From a virus: a stretch of DNA of 47,802 nucleotides. Location of the stretch: the IMG/VR virus record IMGVR_UViG_3300015275_000001, positions 1 to 47,802 of that record; one strand, 5' to 3'. The notes below the pieces were generated by a model, which worked only from the letters and a program-made list of their open reading frames with translations, searched no databases and was not told the DNA's origin. Shown here piece by piece: positions 47,335 to 47,802 of the stretch; within the stretch, counting starts at the first letter, position 1; each line of letters starts with the position of its first letter. A program made the translations under genes and the position numbers.

Positions 47335-47802
47335 GCCTCTTTCTCCAGAAAGGCAGCGGCTTTGGGGCCCAAGCCCACATTACGTAGGCGAAAGCGCCGC
47401 CACAGATTAAGCAGACGATCGGCACAGCCATTTCCTCCAAGCGTCGATAATGCGAGCAGTGCCAGCAGCTGTATGACGAGGGAGGCGTCCAGCATCGGCT
47501 TGTAATCCAGATATTCGAGGCCATTAGTCCACGCGACCGACAGCATGGTCAGCTGCGCAAACCACAGACCCCAGATCAGCGGTGCCCACCACATGAGGCG
47601 GCAGCGCAAGCCGACCACGATCATGCAGAGCAGGTCAGCCAGCGCCCACATGTCCTCGTGGCGGACCGGGATGGTCCAACCCATTGCCTCGCCTGAGCCA
47701 TAGACGAGGAAGGCCGGGGACAGCGGCGCGTAAATCCAGAACGAGGCGAACAGCAGCCAGTTAATGCCGACCGCCGTCGCCGCGAACCGCAATTCCCCGC
47801 GC
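47331..47802 (-). CDS. Polytopic membrane protein, 3' part (full gene is 47331-47802 joined to 124-194 on the circular map; 180 aa)
   Basis: Five to six hydrophobic segments. The ORF-track start at 47792 is only a TTG. The true ATG lies across the junction at 194. Confidence 0.6.
   Translation of the reverse strand, partial: RGELRFAATAVGINWLLFASFWIYAPLSPAFLVYGSGEAMGWTIPVRHEDMWALADLLCMIVVGLRCRLMWWAPLIWGLWFAQLTMLSVAWTNGLEYLDYKPMLDASLVIQLLALLALSTLGGNGCADRLLNLWRRFRLRNVGLGPKAAAFLEKEA
47680..47802. repeat. Terminal direct repeat, copy 2 (identical to 1-123)
   Basis: Same 123-nt string as the window start. Confidence 0.95.

Larger units (their letters stand above)
1..47802. mobile_element. Complete temperate siphovirus-like phage genome (circularly closed or terminally redundant), lambda-like organisation
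   Basis: Carries integrase, an immunity switch, replication, terminase, portal, capsid, tape measure, fibre and lysis genes. Its ends are identical over 123 bp. Dense start/stop-coupled ORFs cover the whole window. Confidence 0.85.

Overview
This GC-rich 47.8-kb window is a complete temperate tailed-phage genome. Bases 47680-47802 are identical to bases 1-123, so the record is either a circularly closed assembly or a genome with a short direct terminal repeat (unit length 47,679 bp).

The layout is lambda-like:
- **Immunity region (about 32.4-33.2 kb):** a Cro-like HTH gene reads leftward and a CI-like HTH gene reads rightward. The same 17-nt operator (ATACGTAT core) occurs at an OR-like site and an OL-like site.
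- **Leftward (minus) arm:** regulators; replication genes (Zn-ribbon/TOPRIM primase, VRR-NUC nuclease, P4/D5-type SF3 primase-helicase); small and large terminase; portal; head; connector; a non-contractile tail with a 702-aa tape measure; tail fibres. A translationally coupled lysis cassette follows across the window junction.
- **Rightward (plus) arm:** many small coupled ORFs, a YqaJ-type exonuclease, a tyrosine integrase with a candidate attP, then an accessory cluster. That cluster holds a T5orf172/GIY-YIG-like protein, an unknown protein, an MmcB-like PD-(D/E)xK nuclease and a Lar-like restriction-alleviation protein.

The GTA-like tail genes, a GcrA-like regulator and a GTTC-N7-GTTC SOS box suggest an alphaproteobacterial host (inference only).

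Most interesting observations:
1. An exact alphaproteobacterial-type LexA box lies over a leaderless antisense promoter and ORF aimed into the repressor gene.
2. The portal protein carries a C-terminal 2H-phosphoesterase (Acb1-like) domain.
3. A conserved element (TACCGCCGT on the + strand) sits at the stop codon of six late-operon gene junctions.
4. A tRNA-like element with a canonical T-arm lies inside the head module.
5. A nuclease and anti-restriction cargo cluster lies just beyond the candidate attP.

No CRISPR array, rRNA or reverse transcriptase was seen. All product calls rest on motif recognition by eye and need HMM or structure searches to confirm.
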